From the NCBI GenBank assembly GCA_964498795.1, contig CAZCJB010000003.1, positions 1,906 through 55,021 of the forward strand: a stretch of DNA of 53,116 nt, read 5' to 3'. This document shows positions 38,737 to 49,305 of this stretch, in pieces (within the stretch, counting starts at the first letter, position 1; each line of letters begins with the position of its first letter). Both the position numbers and the translations under genes were made by a program. Below the pieces are notes generated by a model. It was not told the DNA's origin, searched no databases, and saw only the letters and a list, made by a program, of their open reading frames with translations. The DNA comes from an uncultured Rubrivivax sp. (GTDB lineage: Bacteria > Pseudomonadota > Gammaproteobacteria > Burkholderiales > Burkholderiaceae_C).

Positions 38737-39666
38737 ATGCCTTGGAACACCGCGTTTGAACTCACCGACCTGCAGGTCGCGCCCCACGTCAACCTGCGCG
38801 TTCGAATCCCCAAGGTCTTTCGTTCGGACTGTTCCACATTGCTGCTTTTGCACGGGTTTCCCCAGACGCATCTCATGTGGCGACGCGTGGCGGAGCGCTT
38901 GCAGGCGCACTTCAATCTCGTCATGCCAGATCTTCGCGGCTATGGGGACTCGTCCAAACCTCAGTCGCCCCCTGACCCCCCATTGAGCAACCCCACCCAC
39001 GAGGCCTACAGCAAGCGGCAGATGGCGTTGGATTTGGTTGAATTGATGAACCAACTGGGAGTGCCGCAGTTTACGGTGGCTGGACATGACCGGGGTGGGC
39101 GCGTCGCGCATCGTTTGGCGCTGGACCATCCCGCCAAAGTGCGCAAGCTCTGTGTGCTGGACATTGCTCCGACACTGGACATGTATCAAGCCACGGACTT
39201 CGCCTTTGCCAAGGCCTACTACCACTGGTTCCATCTCATCCAGCCGGCACCCTTGCCCGAGACCATGATCAACGGTGACCCTGTGCCTTATCTGCACACC
39301 AAGCTCGCCGGCTGGGGTGGCACGCTCAGCGCCTACACGCCCGAGGCGCTGCAGGACTATGAGCGCTGCATCCGCAATCCGGCCACGGTGCATGCCATGT
39401 GCGAGGACTACCGAGCCTCGGCGACCATCGACCTCGAACACGACCGCACCAGCCGCGCGAGTGGCAACAAGGTTCAGTGCGATTTGCACGTCTTGTGGGG
39501 CGAGCGTGGCGTGGTGCATCGACTTTTTCAGCCGCTGGCGTTATGGCAGGCGCAATGCGCGGGTCAGGTCAGTGGTCGGGCTTTGCCTTCGGGACACTTC
39601 ATCCCCGAGGAGTTGCCCGATGAGGTGGCACGAGAACTTTTGGGGTTTTTTGGCGCTGGAACCTGA
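38737..39666 (+). CDS. Haloacetate (fluoroacetate-type) dehalogenase, alpha/beta hydrolase
   Basis: HGFPQ, DLRGYG, YSKR.MA, GHDRGGR, YYHWF, EDYRA and GHFIPEE motifs. Confidence 0.85.
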   Translation: MPWNTAFELTDLQVAPHVNLRVRIPKVFRSDCSTLLLLHGFPQTHLMWRRVAERLQAHFNLVMPDLRGYGDSSKPQSPPDPPLSNPTHEAYSKRQMALDLVELMNQLGVPQFTVAGHDRGGRVAHRLALDHPAKVRKLCVLDIAPTLDMYQATDFAFAKAYYHWFHLIQPAPLPETMINGDPVPYLHTKLAGWGGTLSAYTPEALQDYERCIRNPATVHAMCEDYRASATIDLEHDRTSRASGNKVQCDLHVLWGERGVVHRLFQPLALWQAQCAGQVSGRALPSGHFIPEELPDEVARELLGFFGAGT

Positions 39667-39687
39667 TGCGACAATGGCTGCCACATC

Positions 39688-40830
39688 ATGAGCATGGTCG
39701 ACGCAGACTTTCTCGTCATCGGTGCCGGCATCGCCGGGGCTTCTGCGGCCTATTGGCTGGCACCGCATGGGCGGGTGGTGATACTAGAACGCGAATCCCA
39801 GCCGGGTTACCACTCGACCGGACGTTCAGCGGCACTCTTCATGGAGAGTTATGGCACTCCGCAGGTGCGGGCGCTCACGATGGCCAGTCGGGCCTTTTTG
39901 GAATCTCCTCCTCCAGGATTTTGCGATCACCCTTTGCTCACCCCTCGCGGTGCGCTGATGGTGGCCACGCCTGCTGAGACGGTCCAACTACAAGCCCACT
40001 GGCAAGTCCTCCAACAGGTATCGCCCCGCGGTCAGTTGCTGGATGCGCAGGCCGCCTTTGAGCTCACGCCCATTTTGCGACGTGAGCTCTTGCACGGCGC
40101 GGTTTACGAGCCCGATGCTTCGGACATGGATGTGCATGGCCTCCACCAGGGCTATCTGAGGGGCGTGCGTCGGCATGGGGGCCAACTGCTGCTGAACGCC
40201 GAAGTGCAGGCCATGGCCCACGATGGAAGGGGGTGGGTCGTGCACACCACGGTCGGAACTTGTCGAGCTCCCGTGGTCCTCAATGCCGCCGGTGCCTGGG
40301 CAGACGGGATCGGACATATCGCGGGGGCACGGCCCATCGGATTGAGCCCCAAACGTCGCTCCGCCTTCATCTTCACCTTGCCCGAAGGCCTCAACGCATC
40401 GGGTTGGCCCATGACCATTGGCGTGAGTGAAGACTGGTACATCAAACCCGATGCCGGCATGATGTTGGGGTCTCCTGCCAACGCCGATCCGGTGCCTCCC
40501 CAAGATGTTCAACCCGAAGCGTGGGACATCGCACTGGCCATCGATCGCATTCAAACCATGACCACCTTGCAGATTCAGCGCCCCACACGCACCTGGGCAG
40601 GTCTGAGATCTTTCGTGGCGGATGGCGATTTGGTGGGGGGCTGGGATGCGCAGATTCCTGGCTTTTTTTGGGTGGCCGCGCAGGGGGGCTACGGCATTCA
40701 AACCTCGCCTGCCATGGGCGAAGCCTGCGCACTTTTGGCGCGAGGGGTCGCCTTGAGCGGACACTTGCAATCCTTTGGTCTGACACCCTCAATGCTGGCC
40801 CCAGACCGGCTCCACGCTCAGACTCCGTGA
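39688..40830 (+). CDS. FAD-dependent D-amino acid dehydrogenase (DauA-like)
   Basis: IGAGIAG, GYHSTGRSAA, WAGLRSF..D and QGGYGIQTSPA motifs. Confidence 0.85.
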   Translation: MSMVDADFLVIGAGIAGASAAYWLAPHGRVVILERESQPGYHSTGRSAALFMESYGTPQVRALTMASRAFLESPPPGFCDHPLLTPRGALMVATPAETVQLQAHWQVLQQVSPRGQLLDAQAAFELTPILRRELLHGAVYEPDASDMDVHGLHQGYLRGVRRHGGQLLLNAEVQAMAHDGRGWVVHTTVGTCRAPVVLNAAGAWADGIGHIAGARPIGLSPKRRSAFIFTLPEGLNASGWPMTIGVSEDWYIKPDAGMMLGSPANADPVPPQDVQPEAWDIALAIDRIQTMTTLQIQRPTRTWAGLRSFVADGDLVGGWDAQIPGFFWVAAQGGYGIQTSPAMGEACALLARGVALSGHLQSFGLTPSMLAPDRLHAQTP

Positions 40831-40846
40831 GTTCTTAAGGAATCGC

Positions 40847-42292
40847 ATGCGCATCTTTTGCGGCGGCATCGCCACCGAAACCAACACCTTCGCCCCGATG
40901 CCCACGGGCATGGCCTCTTTCAAAGACCGGGGCTACTTTCCGGCAGGCCAACATCCCAATCAGATGTTTTACTTTGCTGGGCCACTTTGGGCTGCGCGAT
41001 TGAAGGCACCTGCCAAGGGTTGGACACTGAAGGAAGGCTTGGTGGCTGGCGCACAGCCCAGTGGCATCACCACACGTCAGACCTACGAGGCGCTGAGAGA
41101 TGAGATGCTGGCAGACCTGCGCGCGGCATTGCCGGTGGACATGGTGTTGCTGGGACTTCACGGCGCGATGGTGGCCGAAGGCTACGACGACTGCGAAGGC
41201 GACCTCCTGACCCGCGTGCGCGAAATTGTTGGCCCGCAGGTCGTCATCGGCGCTGAGCTGGACCCGCACAATCACTTAAGCGAGACCATGGTCCAAAAGG
41301 CCGACTTGCTCATTGCTTTCAAGGAGTACCCTCATACCGACGTGTTGGAGCGCGCTCATGAATTGGTGGACTTGTGCGAGGCCCACGTTCAGCGACGCAT
41401 CCAGCCGGTGGCAGCCCTGGTGGACACTGGCATGATCGTCACCATGCACACCTCGCGCAATCCCGCGCGAGCCTTTGTCGATCGCATCCAATCTCTCGAA
41501 GGCAAAGAAGGGATTCTGTCGATTTCCATCACCCATGGCTTCGCCTGGGGAGACGTGCCCGACATGGGGACGAAGGTGCTGGTCTACGCCGACGGCGATG
41601 CTGCCAATGCGCAAGCGCTGGCCTCGCAACTGGCGAACGAATTGATCGGCATGCGCGAGCAACTCACGGTGCACTACCCCTCCATCGACGACGCCTTGGA
41701 TGAAGCCTTGCGCGTCACTGGGGGTCCGGTCGTCATTTCCGATGGCGCTGACAATCCCGGGGGGGGTGCCGCCAGCGACTCCACCTTCATCCTTCGGCGT
41801 TTGCTCGACCGCGGCATCGGCGCGGCGGCGGTCGGCCCTCTTTGGGACCCCGTGGCTGCGCGCGTAGCCATCGAGGCTGGCGTGGGCGCGCGGCTCGCCT
41901 TGCGCATCGGAGGCAAGATCAGTCCGTTGTCGGGAGATCCACTGGACTTGGACTGCACCGTCAAGGCCGTCCAATCCGAACACACTCAAACGGGCTTGTC
42001 TAACACCACGGTCCACATGGGCGACTGCGCCTTGGTGGAGTGTCGAGGTGTAGACATGCTGCTCGTGAGCCTGCGTAATCAGGCCATGGGCACCGATCTG
42101 TTCACCGGCATCGGTTGCGACTTGTCATCCAAGAAGATCGTGGTGGTCAAGTCTTCGCAACACTTTCACGCGTCATACTCCAAGATGGCCTCACACATCA
42201 TTTATGCAGCCGCGCCAGGGGCCGTGACCCTGGACCTGCGCACGCTGCCCTATCGCAAGATTCGTCGTCCCAAGTGGCCCATCGACGCCTGA
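40847..42292 (+). CDS. M81 family metallopeptidase (MlrC-like)
   Basis: ETNTF, LHGAM, DPH, YPH.D, DNPGGG and VKS..HF motifs. Confidence 0.92.
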   Translation: MRIFCGGIATETNTFAPMPTGMASFKDRGYFPAGQHPNQMFYFAGPLWAARLKAPAKGWTLKEGLVAGAQPSGITTRQTYEALRDEMLADLRAALPVDMVLLGLHGAMVAEGYDDCEGDLLTRVREIVGPQVVIGAELDPHNHLSETMVQKADLLIAFKEYPHTDVLERAHELVDLCEAHVQRRIQPVAALVDTGMIVTMHTSRNPARAFVDRIQSLEGKEGILSISITHGFAWGDVPDMGTKVLVYADGDAANAQALASQLANELIGMREQLTVHYPSIDDALDEALRVTGGPVVISDGADNPGGGAASDSTFILRRLLDRGIGAAAVGPLWDPVAARVAIEAGVGARLALRIGGKISPLSGDPLDLDCTVKAVQSEHTQTGLSNTTVHMGDCALVECRGVDMLLVSLRNQAMGTDLFTGIGCDLSSKKIVVVKSSQHFHASYSKMASHIIYAAAPGAVTLDLRTLPYRKIRRPKWPIDA

Positions 42293-42321
42293 ACTTCTAC
42301 ATTTCAAAGGAGCAACTCACC

Positions 42322-43905
42322 ATGAACCGACGCACCCTGAACACGCTGATGGCCTCCTTGGTCGCAGCCCTGGTGATGATCGCCCCCTCTACGCATGCTC
42401 AGACCAAAACCCTGAAGGTTGTGGCTCACGCCGACGTCAAGATTCTGGACCCCACCTTCACCACCGCCTACATCACCCGCAACTTCGGCTACATGGTCTA
42501 CGACATGCCATTCGGCCTGGACGAGAAGGGTCAACCCAAACCACAAATGGTCGACAAGTACAGCACATCCAAAGATGGCAAGCTGTGGACTTTCACCCTG
42601 CGACCTCAACTGAAATTCTCGGACGGGTCCTCCGTACGCGCGGCCGATGTCGTGGCCTCCATGCAGCGCTGGACGAGCAAAGACAGCCTGGGTCGGGCCA
42701 TGACGGCCATTGCTGCGGCGGAGTGGAAGGCAGTCGACGACAAGACTTTCACCTTGTCTTTGAAAGAGCCATTCGGAATGGTCTTGGAGGCCTTGTCCAA
42801 ACCCTCAGGGTTCCCGCCCGTGATCATGCCCGAGCGCCTGGCCAAGTTGCCGACCACGGCACCCATGACCGAAGTCATGGGCTCCGGCCCTTATGTCTTC
42901 AAACGCGACGAATGGGTCCCAGGCAACAAGGCGGTGTTTGTGCGCAACCCGCACTATGTGGGTCGAAATGAACCCTCCAATGGGCTGGCTGGCAGCAAAG
43001 CCAGCAAGTTCGACCGCGTGGAATGGCTCTACGTGCCCGACTCCAACAGCGCCACGGCGGCCCTACGCAATGGCGAGGTCGACATGATTGAGCAAGTGCC
43101 GCCCGATTACATCAACCCTTTGCGCAGCGAGCCCAACGTACGCTTGCGTCCTTCGGGTGCTTGGCAAGGTTGGATGGTGATGAACCAACTCCACCCCCCC
43201 TTCAACAATCCCAAGGTGAGGCAGGCCATTCTCAAAGCGGTGGAACAAGACAAGTTCACCGCCGCCATGGGCCACCCCAAGGATCTGCGGGTCACCCAGT
43301 GCAGCACGTTTTTCATCTGCGGCGGCCCTTATGAAACCTTCGCTGGCGCCGAGCCATGGCGCACGCCTGACCTGGCCAAGGCCAAAGAGTTGCTGGCGGC
43401 CTCAGGTTACAAGGGCGAGAAAGTGGTGCTGCTGGTGCCCAGCGACATCACCTACCTGAACGCTCTGGCACTCATGGCCGCACAGACCATGAAGAACATG
43501 GGCATGAATGTCGACATGCAAACCTCGGACTGGGCCACGATTGGTGCTCGTCGCGCAAAGAAAGATGCGCCAGAAGCCGGCGGCTGGAACATGTACGTCA
43601 CGCAAGCGGGAAGCTTCGATGCCGACTCGCCCATCACCAACGCCTATTTGAGTGCCTCTTGCGGTACGCCGCTGCCGGGTTGGCCCTGTGACAAGGCCCT
43701 GGATGAATTGCGCATGGCCTGGTTGAAAGAAAACAAGCCCGCCAAACGCAAGCAATTGCTGGATCAGTTCCACGCTCGGGCTTTTGAAGCCTTGCCTTAC
43801 ATCAGCGTGGGCCAGTACTCGCCGGCCATGGCGCTGCGCAAGGAAATCAAGGGAGGTGACAAGCTCTGGGGCGGTCTGCCTTTGGTGTGGAACTTGGACA
43901 AATAA
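42322..43905 (+). CDS. Peptide ABC transporter substrate-binding protein (family 5)
   Basis: Signal peptide; LDP, WTFTLR..LKFSDG, GSGPY and PPFNNPKVRQA motifs; AAGGAG RBS. Confidence 0.93.
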   Translation: MNRRTLNTLMASLVAALVMIAPSTHAQTKTLKVVAHADVKILDPTFTTAYITRNFGYMVYDMPFGLDEKGQPKPQMVDKYSTSKDGKLWTFTLRPQLKFSDGSSVRAADVVASMQRWTSKDSLGRAMTAIAAAEWKAVDDKTFTLSLKEPFGMVLEALSKPSGFPPVIMPERLAKLPTTAPMTEVMGSGPYVFKRDEWVPGNKAVFVRNPHYVGRNEPSNGLAGSKASKFDRVEWLYVPDSNSATAALRNGEVDMIEQVPPDYINPLRSEPNVRLRPSGAWQGWMVMNQLHPPFNNPKVRQAILKAVEQDKFTAAMGHPKDLRVTQCSTFFICGGPYETFAGAEPWRTPDLAKAKELLAASGYKGEKVVLLVPSDITYLNALALMAAQTMKNMGMNVDMQTSDWATIGARRAKKDAPEAGGWNMYVTQAGSFDADSPITNAYLSASCGTPLPGWPCDKALDELRMAWLKENKPAKRKQLLDQFHARAFEALPYISVGQYSPAMALRKEIKGGDKLWGGLPLVWNLDK

Positions 43906-43932
43906 TCCCGAGAGCGCTGGCTTCCACCCTCT

Positions 43933-44868
43933 ATGGCGTTTTTGCTCAGACGAATGCTCGCCACTGTGCCCGTGCTGGCGGTGGTGGCGGTCGTCGTCTT
44001 TCTGCTCATCCATCTTTCGCCAGGTGACCCCGCAGCCCTGATTGCGGGAGACCTGGCCACCACCGACGACATCGAGCGCTTGCGCCACGTGCTCGGCCTC
44101 GATCAGCCGCTGTGGCGGCAGTTTTTGTGGTGGCTGGGACGCGTATTGTCGGGTGACCTGGGCACGTCCATCTTCACGCAAGTGCCAGTCACCCAATTGC
44201 TCGCACAGCGCATTGAGCCCACGTTGTCCATCGCCTTCGTGACCATGACACTGGCCGTCGCCTTGTCCGTGCCCTTGGGAACCCTGGCCGCCTACCAGGC
44301 GGGGCGTTGGATCGACCGCAGCGTCATGCTATTGGCCGTGCTCGCATTTTCGGCACCGGTGTTTTTGATCGGCTATGTGCTGATTTACGGCTTTGCGATT
44401 CGGCTGGGCTGGTTCCCCGTGCAAGGCTATGTCCCGTTGAGCGAAGGTCTGAGCGCTTGGATACGAAGCATCACATTGCCCTGCATCAACTTGGCCTTGC
44501 TTTACATGGCTCTGCTCACACGCATGACCCGAGCCACCGTGCTCGAAGTTCTGCAAGAAGACTACATTCGCACCGCGCGGGCCAAGGGCCTGGGCGTCCC
44601 TGCGGTCTTGATCCACGCGCTGCGCAATGCGGCCGTCCCAATCGCCACCACCGTAGGGGTGGGCATCGCACTGCTCATCGGCGGCGTGGTGGTCACAGAA
44701 ACGGTGTTTGCCATTCCGGGCGTGGGGCGTCTGGTCATCGATTCAGTCCAGCGGCATGACTATCCGGTCATTCAAAGTGTGTTGCTCATCTCGGCGGCTG
44801 TCTACGTGTTCATCAACCTGATGATCGACCTGAGCTACCGACTCTTCGATCCACGAATTCGTTTCTAG
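43933..44868 (+). CDS. Peptide ABC transporter permease (DppB-like)
   Basis: PGDPA, GLDQP, GDLG.S, YIRTARAKGL and ETVFAIPG.G motifs. Confidence 0.93.
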   Translation: MAFLLRRMLATVPVLAVVAVVVFLLIHLSPGDPAALIAGDLATTDDIERLRHVLGLDQPLWRQFLWWLGRVLSGDLGTSIFTQVPVTQLLAQRIEPTLSIAFVTMTLAVALSVPLGTLAAYQAGRWIDRSVMLLAVLAFSAPVFLIGYVLIYGFAIRLGWFPVQGYVPLSEGLSAWIRSITLPCINLALLYMALLTRMTRATVLEVLQEDYIRTARAKGLGVPAVLIHALRNAAVPIATTVGVGIALLIGGVVVTETVFAIPGVGRLVIDSVQRHDYPVIQSVLLISAAVYVFINLMIDLSYRLFDPRIRF

Positions 44869-44890
44869 CTGACACCACACCGCGCTCGTC

Positions 44891-45799
44891 ATGCCCTCAT
44901 CTCACGTCGCCGACACTGTGCCTCCAAGTGCTGCACTCATCGCCATGGACGATGGCATGCCCGCCGCCCGGGAGCGCACTCGGGGCTTGCGCCGACACCC
45001 GACTTTGGCCGCCGGCGCTTTGCTGCTGCTGACCGTGACCCTGTTGTCAATGGCAGCCCCCTGGATAGCGACACATGACCCCCAGGACATTGACCCCATG
45101 GTCCGATTGCAAGGGCCATCATCGGCACACTGGTTTGGCACCGACGCCATGGGTCGGGATGTCTTCAGCCGGGCCATGTGGGGAGGACGAATCTCCTTGG
45201 TGGTGGGGTTGTCAGTGGCTCTGTTGGCCACCGCAGCCGGGGTGCTGCTGGGGTTATTGGCCGGTTTTGTGCGCTGGGCCGAAGGTCCTGTCATGCGACT
45301 GATGGACGGGCTGATGGCCATCCCCGGCATCTTGCTGGCCATCGCGCTGATGGCCGTCACACGGGCCAGCGTGCTAACGGTCGTGGTGGCCATCACCATC
45401 CCCGAAATTCCGCGGGTGGTTCGCTTGGTGCGTTCCTTGGCCTTGACGCTGAGGGAGCAACTGTTTGTCGAGGCGGCCCACGCCGTGGGTACGCGATTGC
45501 CCACCATCCTGGGACGCCATGTCCTGCCCAACATGATGGCTCCGCTCGTGGTGCAAGCCACCTTTGTGGCTGCGTCGGCGGTTCTGATCGAGGCCTCATT
45601 GTCATTTCTCGGGGTGGGCATCCCAGCCCAGACGCCCAGCTGGGGCAACATGATGGCCGAAGGGCGCAACGTTGTGGCCGTGGCCTTTCACATCATTCTT
45701 TACCCCGGCTTGCTGTTGGCAGCGACCGTGCTGTCCATCAATTTGGTCGGCGATGGACTGAGAGACGCCCTCGACCCCCGCTTGGCTCGGCAGCTATGA
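44891..45799 (+). CDS. Peptide ABC transporter permease (DppC-like)
   Basis: HWFGTD.MGRDV, EAA loop, LSFLG.G, PSWG and [10 protein letters not shown] motifs. Confidence 0.93.
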   Translation: MPSSHVADTVPPSAALIAMDDGMPAARERTRGLRRHPTLAAGALLLLTVTLLSMAAPWIATHDPQDIDPMVRLQGPSSAHWFGTDAMGRDVFSRAMWGGRISLVVGLSVALLATAAGVLLGLLAGFVRWAEGPVMRLMDGLMAIPGILLAIALMAVTRASVLTVVVAITIPEIPRVVRLVRSLALTLREQLFVEAAHAVGTRLPTILGRHVLPNMMAPLVVQATFVAASAVLIEASLSFLGVGIPAQTPSWGNMMAEGRNVVAVAFHIILYPGLLLAATVLSINLVGDGLRDALDPRLARQL

Positions 45800-46788
45800 G
45801 TGCCTCTCGCCCCACACTCCTGGAAGTCGATGCCCTACGCACCTACTTCGACACGCGCAACGGGACCGTACGCTCTGTCGACGGCGTTTCGCTGTGCGTG
45901 CAAGATGGACAAACCCTGGGCCTGGTCGGCGAGTCCGGTTGTGGCAAGAGTGTCACAGCGCTGTCCATCCTGCGACTGCTGCCCACGCCCCCCGCTCGAC
46001 ACGGCGGTGCCGTGCGCTATCGCGGGCAAGACTTGCTGCAATGGTCTGAGCGGCGCATGCGACAAATTCGGGGCAATCAGATCTCCATGATTTTCCAAGA
46101 GCCCATGACCTCGCTCAATCCAGTGCTCAGCGTGGGACGACAAATTGCCGAAACAGTGCAGGTTCACTCTGGTGATGGGGCGCGGGTGGGGCGACGCGAA
46201 GCCATGGAGCGCGCAATCGATATGCTCAGGCTCGTGCAAATTCCAGAGCCTCACCGTCGCGCCCATGAGTACCCCCATCAACTCAGCGGTGGCATGCGTC
46301 AGCGAGTGATGATCGGCCTGGCCCTTGCTTGTCGACCCGAACTGTTGATCGCCGATGAGCCCACCACGGCGCTGGACGTCACCATCCAGGCGCAGATCTT
46401 GGACCTCCTGCGCGACCTGCAGCGAACGCTGGGCATGGGAATGATCATGATCACTCATGACCTGGGCGTGGTGGCTGAGGTCTGCCACCGAGTTGTGGTG
46501 ATGTACGCCGGGCGCAAGATCGAGGAGGCCGAGGTGTCAGACTTGTTCGACCAGCCGCTTCACCCCTACACGCGGGCGCTCATGGCCTCCATGCCCTCGA
46601 TGAACACGCGGGCATCGCGGCTGGCTGAAATCCCAGGCCCGGTGCCCGCGCTGCATGAGCCCATCCAGGGTTGCGCCTTCGCGCCGCGCTGCCCCTTGGC
46701 CAAAGATCGGTGCCGTCAACAAACGCCATCCTTGCAAGCCCATGGCATGGACCATTGGGTTGCTTGCTTTGAGGCGGGAGGTGCATGA
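45796..46788 (+). CDS. Peptide ABC transporter ATP-binding protein (DppD-like)
   Basis: [21 protein letters not shown] and HPYT motifs; C-terminal Cys cluster; ATGA overlap with the upstream gene. Confidence 0.94.
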   Translation: MSASRPTLLEVDALRTYFDTRNGTVRSVDGVSLCVQDGQTLGLVGESGCGKSVTALSILRLLPTPPARHGGAVRYRGQDLLQWSERRMRQIRGNQISMIFQEPMTSLNPVLSVGRQIAETVQVHSGDGARVGRREAMERAIDMLRLVQIPEPHRRAHEYPHQLSGGMRQRVMIGLALACRPELLIADEPTTALDVTIQAQILDLLRDLQRTLGMGMIMITHDLGVVAEVCHRVVVMYAGRKIEEAEVSDLFDQPLHPYTRALMASMPSMNTRASRLAEIPGPVPALHEPIQGCAFAPRCPLAKDRCRQQTPSLQAHGMDHWVACFEAGGA

Positions 46789-47804
46789 TGGCCACGACGA
46801 GGGTGTCCGCCGTGAACCCCGAGTCGCAGGATTCGGTGCCTTTGCTGGAGGTACAGCAACTTCGCAAGCACTTCACGCCTCCAAGGCCTTGGCTCAGCCC
46901 GGCACTCCCCCCCGTGCAAGCCGTGCACGATGTGTCCTTCACGCTCGCGCGTGGCGAGACGCTGGCCCTGGTGGGTGAGTCTGGCTGTGGCAAAACCACC
47001 ACCGCCAAGTCCGTCTTGCGACTGATTGAACCCACCTCAGGCTCGGTACGTTTAGAGGGTGACGAGCTCCTCAGCCTGTCAACGTCGCAAATGCGGACGC
47101 GCCGGCGTGACCTGCAAATCATTTTCCAGGATCCCTACGCATCGCTCAACCCGCGCTGGCGTGCCGGCGAGATCGTGGCCGAGCCCTTGCGGAATTTTGG
47201 ACTTCACGACCGCCAACAACGGCTCGAGCGGGTGCAGGCTCTGTTTGCGCGCGTGGGCTTGCGTCCAGAAGCAGCCCAGCGCTACCCTCACGAGTTTTCA
47301 GGAGGGCAGCGCCAGCGCTTGGGCATCGCTCGAGCTTTGGCCTTGAATCCCAAGCTGATCGTCTGCGACGAACCGGTCTCGGCACTCGACGTGTCCGTCC
47401 AAGCGCAAGTGGTGAACCTGCTCATGGACCTGCAGTCCGAGCTGGGCATGGCCTATTTGTTTGTGGCCCACGATTTGGCAGTGGTTCGTCACATCAGCCA
47501 CCGCGTGGCCGTCATGTACTTGGGTCAGATTGTGGAAATCGGAACTCGCGACGCCATCTTTGAGTCGCCTAGGCACCCTTACACCGAAGTGCTGTTGTCC
47601 GCCACACCGGTGGCCCATCCCAAGATGGTCTCTCGTCGCATCCGGCTACAAGGCGATCCACCCAGCCCGGCGCGCCCGCCCTCAGGGTGCCGCTTTCACA
47701 CCCGCTGCCCTCTCGCACAGGCCGCGTGTCGTGAGAGCTCGCCCGCATTGACCCCTCGCAACAGTTCTGCAGGCGCCCATTGGGTGGCCTGCCACATTCG
47801 TTGA
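46785..47804 (+). CDS. Peptide ABC transporter ATP-binding protein (DppF-like)
   Basis: [25 protein letters not shown] and GCRFHTRCP motifs. Confidence 0.94.
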   Translation: MMATTRVSAVNPESQDSVPLLEVQQLRKHFTPPRPWLSPALPPVQAVHDVSFTLARGETLALVGESGCGKTTTAKSVLRLIEPTSGSVRLEGDELLSLSTSQMRTRRRDLQIIFQDPYASLNPRWRAGEIVAEPLRNFGLHDRQQRLERVQALFARVGLRPEAAQRYPHEFSGGQRQRLGIARALALNPKLIVCDEPVSALDVSVQAQVVNLLMDLQSELGMAYLFVAHDLAVVRHISHRVAVMYLGQIVEIGTRDAIFESPRHPYTEVLLSATPVAHPKMVSRRIRLQGDPPSPARPPSGCRFHTRCPLAQAACRESSPALTPRNSSAGAHWVACHIR

Positions 47805-47841
47805 GGTCTACTCGACACCATCGTCGCAAAGGATTCTTGTC

Positions 47842-49305
47842 ATGTCTTACTCGGCCTCACAACTGCACGACTTGCTCATACGAGGAGGCACGGTCATTGA
47901 CGGCACACGTGCGCCCCGGTTCGATGCCGACGTTGCGATCGATGGCGGACGCATCACTGCCGTGGGGGACTTGAGGTCGCATGCTGCGCGTCAAGTGCTT
48001 GATGCGACCGATCTCGTGGTGGCTCCAGGCTTCATCGATGCACACACACACGACGACCAGGCCCTGCTGTCTCAGTCCGACATGACTTTCAAAGTGTCCC
48101 AAGGCGTCACCACCGTCATTGGTGGCAATTGCGGCGTGAGTGCAGCCCCGCTCTTGCAGGACATGGATCTGCCCATGCCCTTGGCGCTGATGGACGCCCC
48201 CAAAGGCGCCCGGTTCACCACCTTTGCTGCCTACCTCGAGGCGCTGCGACGCCAACCCTCATCGGTCAATGTGGCAGCGCTGGTAGGGCACTCCACTTTG
48301 CGAGCGGTGGTCATGGATCAGTTGGACCGGCCTGCTCGGCCTGAGGAAATCGAACGCATGCGTGGTCTGTTGCAAGAGTCGCTCGACGCAGGCGCCATCG
48401 GCATGTCCACGGGGACCTTCTATCCACCCGCTACCCATGCCACCACCGAAGAAATCATTGAAGTCGGCCGGCCTCTCACCTCACGTCAAGGTTTGTACGT
48501 GACGCATATGCGCGACGAATCCGATCAGGTCATGAACAGCCTCGAGGAAACCTTTCGCATCGGGCGAGAGCTCGACATCCCAGTGGTGGTATCGCACCAC
48601 AAAGTCTCGGGCGCGGCCAACTTCGGGCGTTCGCAGGAAACTTTGCCCCTGCTGCGCGAGTCCATGAAGCGTCAGAAAATTTGCCTGGACTGCTACCCCT
48701 ATAACGCCGGATCCACCATGATCCGCACGGATCGTGGCATGTTGGAATGCCCCGTGCTCATCGCCTCGAGCGAGCCGTACCCTGAGTGCGCGGGCCGCTA
48801 CCTTCGTGACATTGCCAAAGATTGGGGCCTCGACCTGACGCAAACTGCGCAGCGCCTGCAGCCCGGCACAGCCATCTACTTTTTGATGGAAGAAGGCGAT
48901 GTGCAACGCATCCTGGCTTTTGAGGACACCATGATCGGTTCAGACGGCATCCCCATCGGCGAAAAGCCTCATCCGCGGCTGTGGGGCACCTTCCCACGGG
49001 TGCTGGGACACTACAGCCGAGATCAAGGGCTCTTCCCGCTTGAAACTGCCGTCTGGAAGATGACCGGCCTGACAGCCAAGAATTTTGGGCTGCACGATCG
49101 CGGGACGGTGGCCATGGGCCAGTGTGCGGACTTGACACTGTTCAACCCGTCCACCGTACGGGACGCTGCCGACTACCAGCACCCCACAAGGCCTGCCGAA
49201 GGCATCCACAGCGTCATCGTCAACGGCGCGATGACATGGCACCAAGGTCAGCACACAGGCGCACGCTCCGGACAGGTGCTCACGCGCACAGGTGCCGGAG
49301 CATGA
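47842..49305 (+). CDS. N-acyl-D-amino acid deacylase (D-aminoacylase)
   Basis: PGFIDAHTHDD, GNCG, HMRDE, SHHK, GSDG and HPRLWGTFPRVLG motifs. Confidence 0.93.
   Translation: MSYSASQLHDLLIRGGTVIDGTRAPRFDADVAIDGGRITAVGDLRSHAARQVLDATDLVVAPGFIDAHTHDDQALLSQSDMTFKVSQGVTTVIGGNCGVSAAPLLQDMDLPMPLALMDAPKGARFTTFAAYLEALRRQPSSVNVAALVGHSTLRAVVMDQLDRPARPEEIERMRGLLQESLDAGAIGMSTGTFYPPATHATTEEIIEVGRPLTSRQGLYVTHMRDESDQVMNSLEETFRIGRELDIPVVVSHHKVSGAANFGRSQETLPLLRESMKRQKICLDCYPYNAGSTMIRTDRGMLECPVLIASSEPYPECAGRYLRDIAKDWGLDLTQTAQRLQPGTAIYFLMEEGDVQRILAFEDTMIGSDGIPIGEKPHPRLWGTFPRVLGHYSRDQGLFPLETAVWKMTGLTAKNFGLHDRGTVAMGQCADLTLFNPSTVRDAADYQHPTRPAEGIHSVIVNGAMTWHQGQHTGARSGQVLTRTGAGA

Noticed and set aside
40847-42292. 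Canonical microcystin-degradation (mlrABCD) cluster
   Set aside because: No MlrA, MlrB or MlrD-type genes are present; M81 peptidases are widespread.
45178-45795. Apparent 200-aa N-terminal extension on the DppD-like ATPase
   Set aside because: It is an alternate frame over the permease; the real start is the ATGA overlap at 45796.
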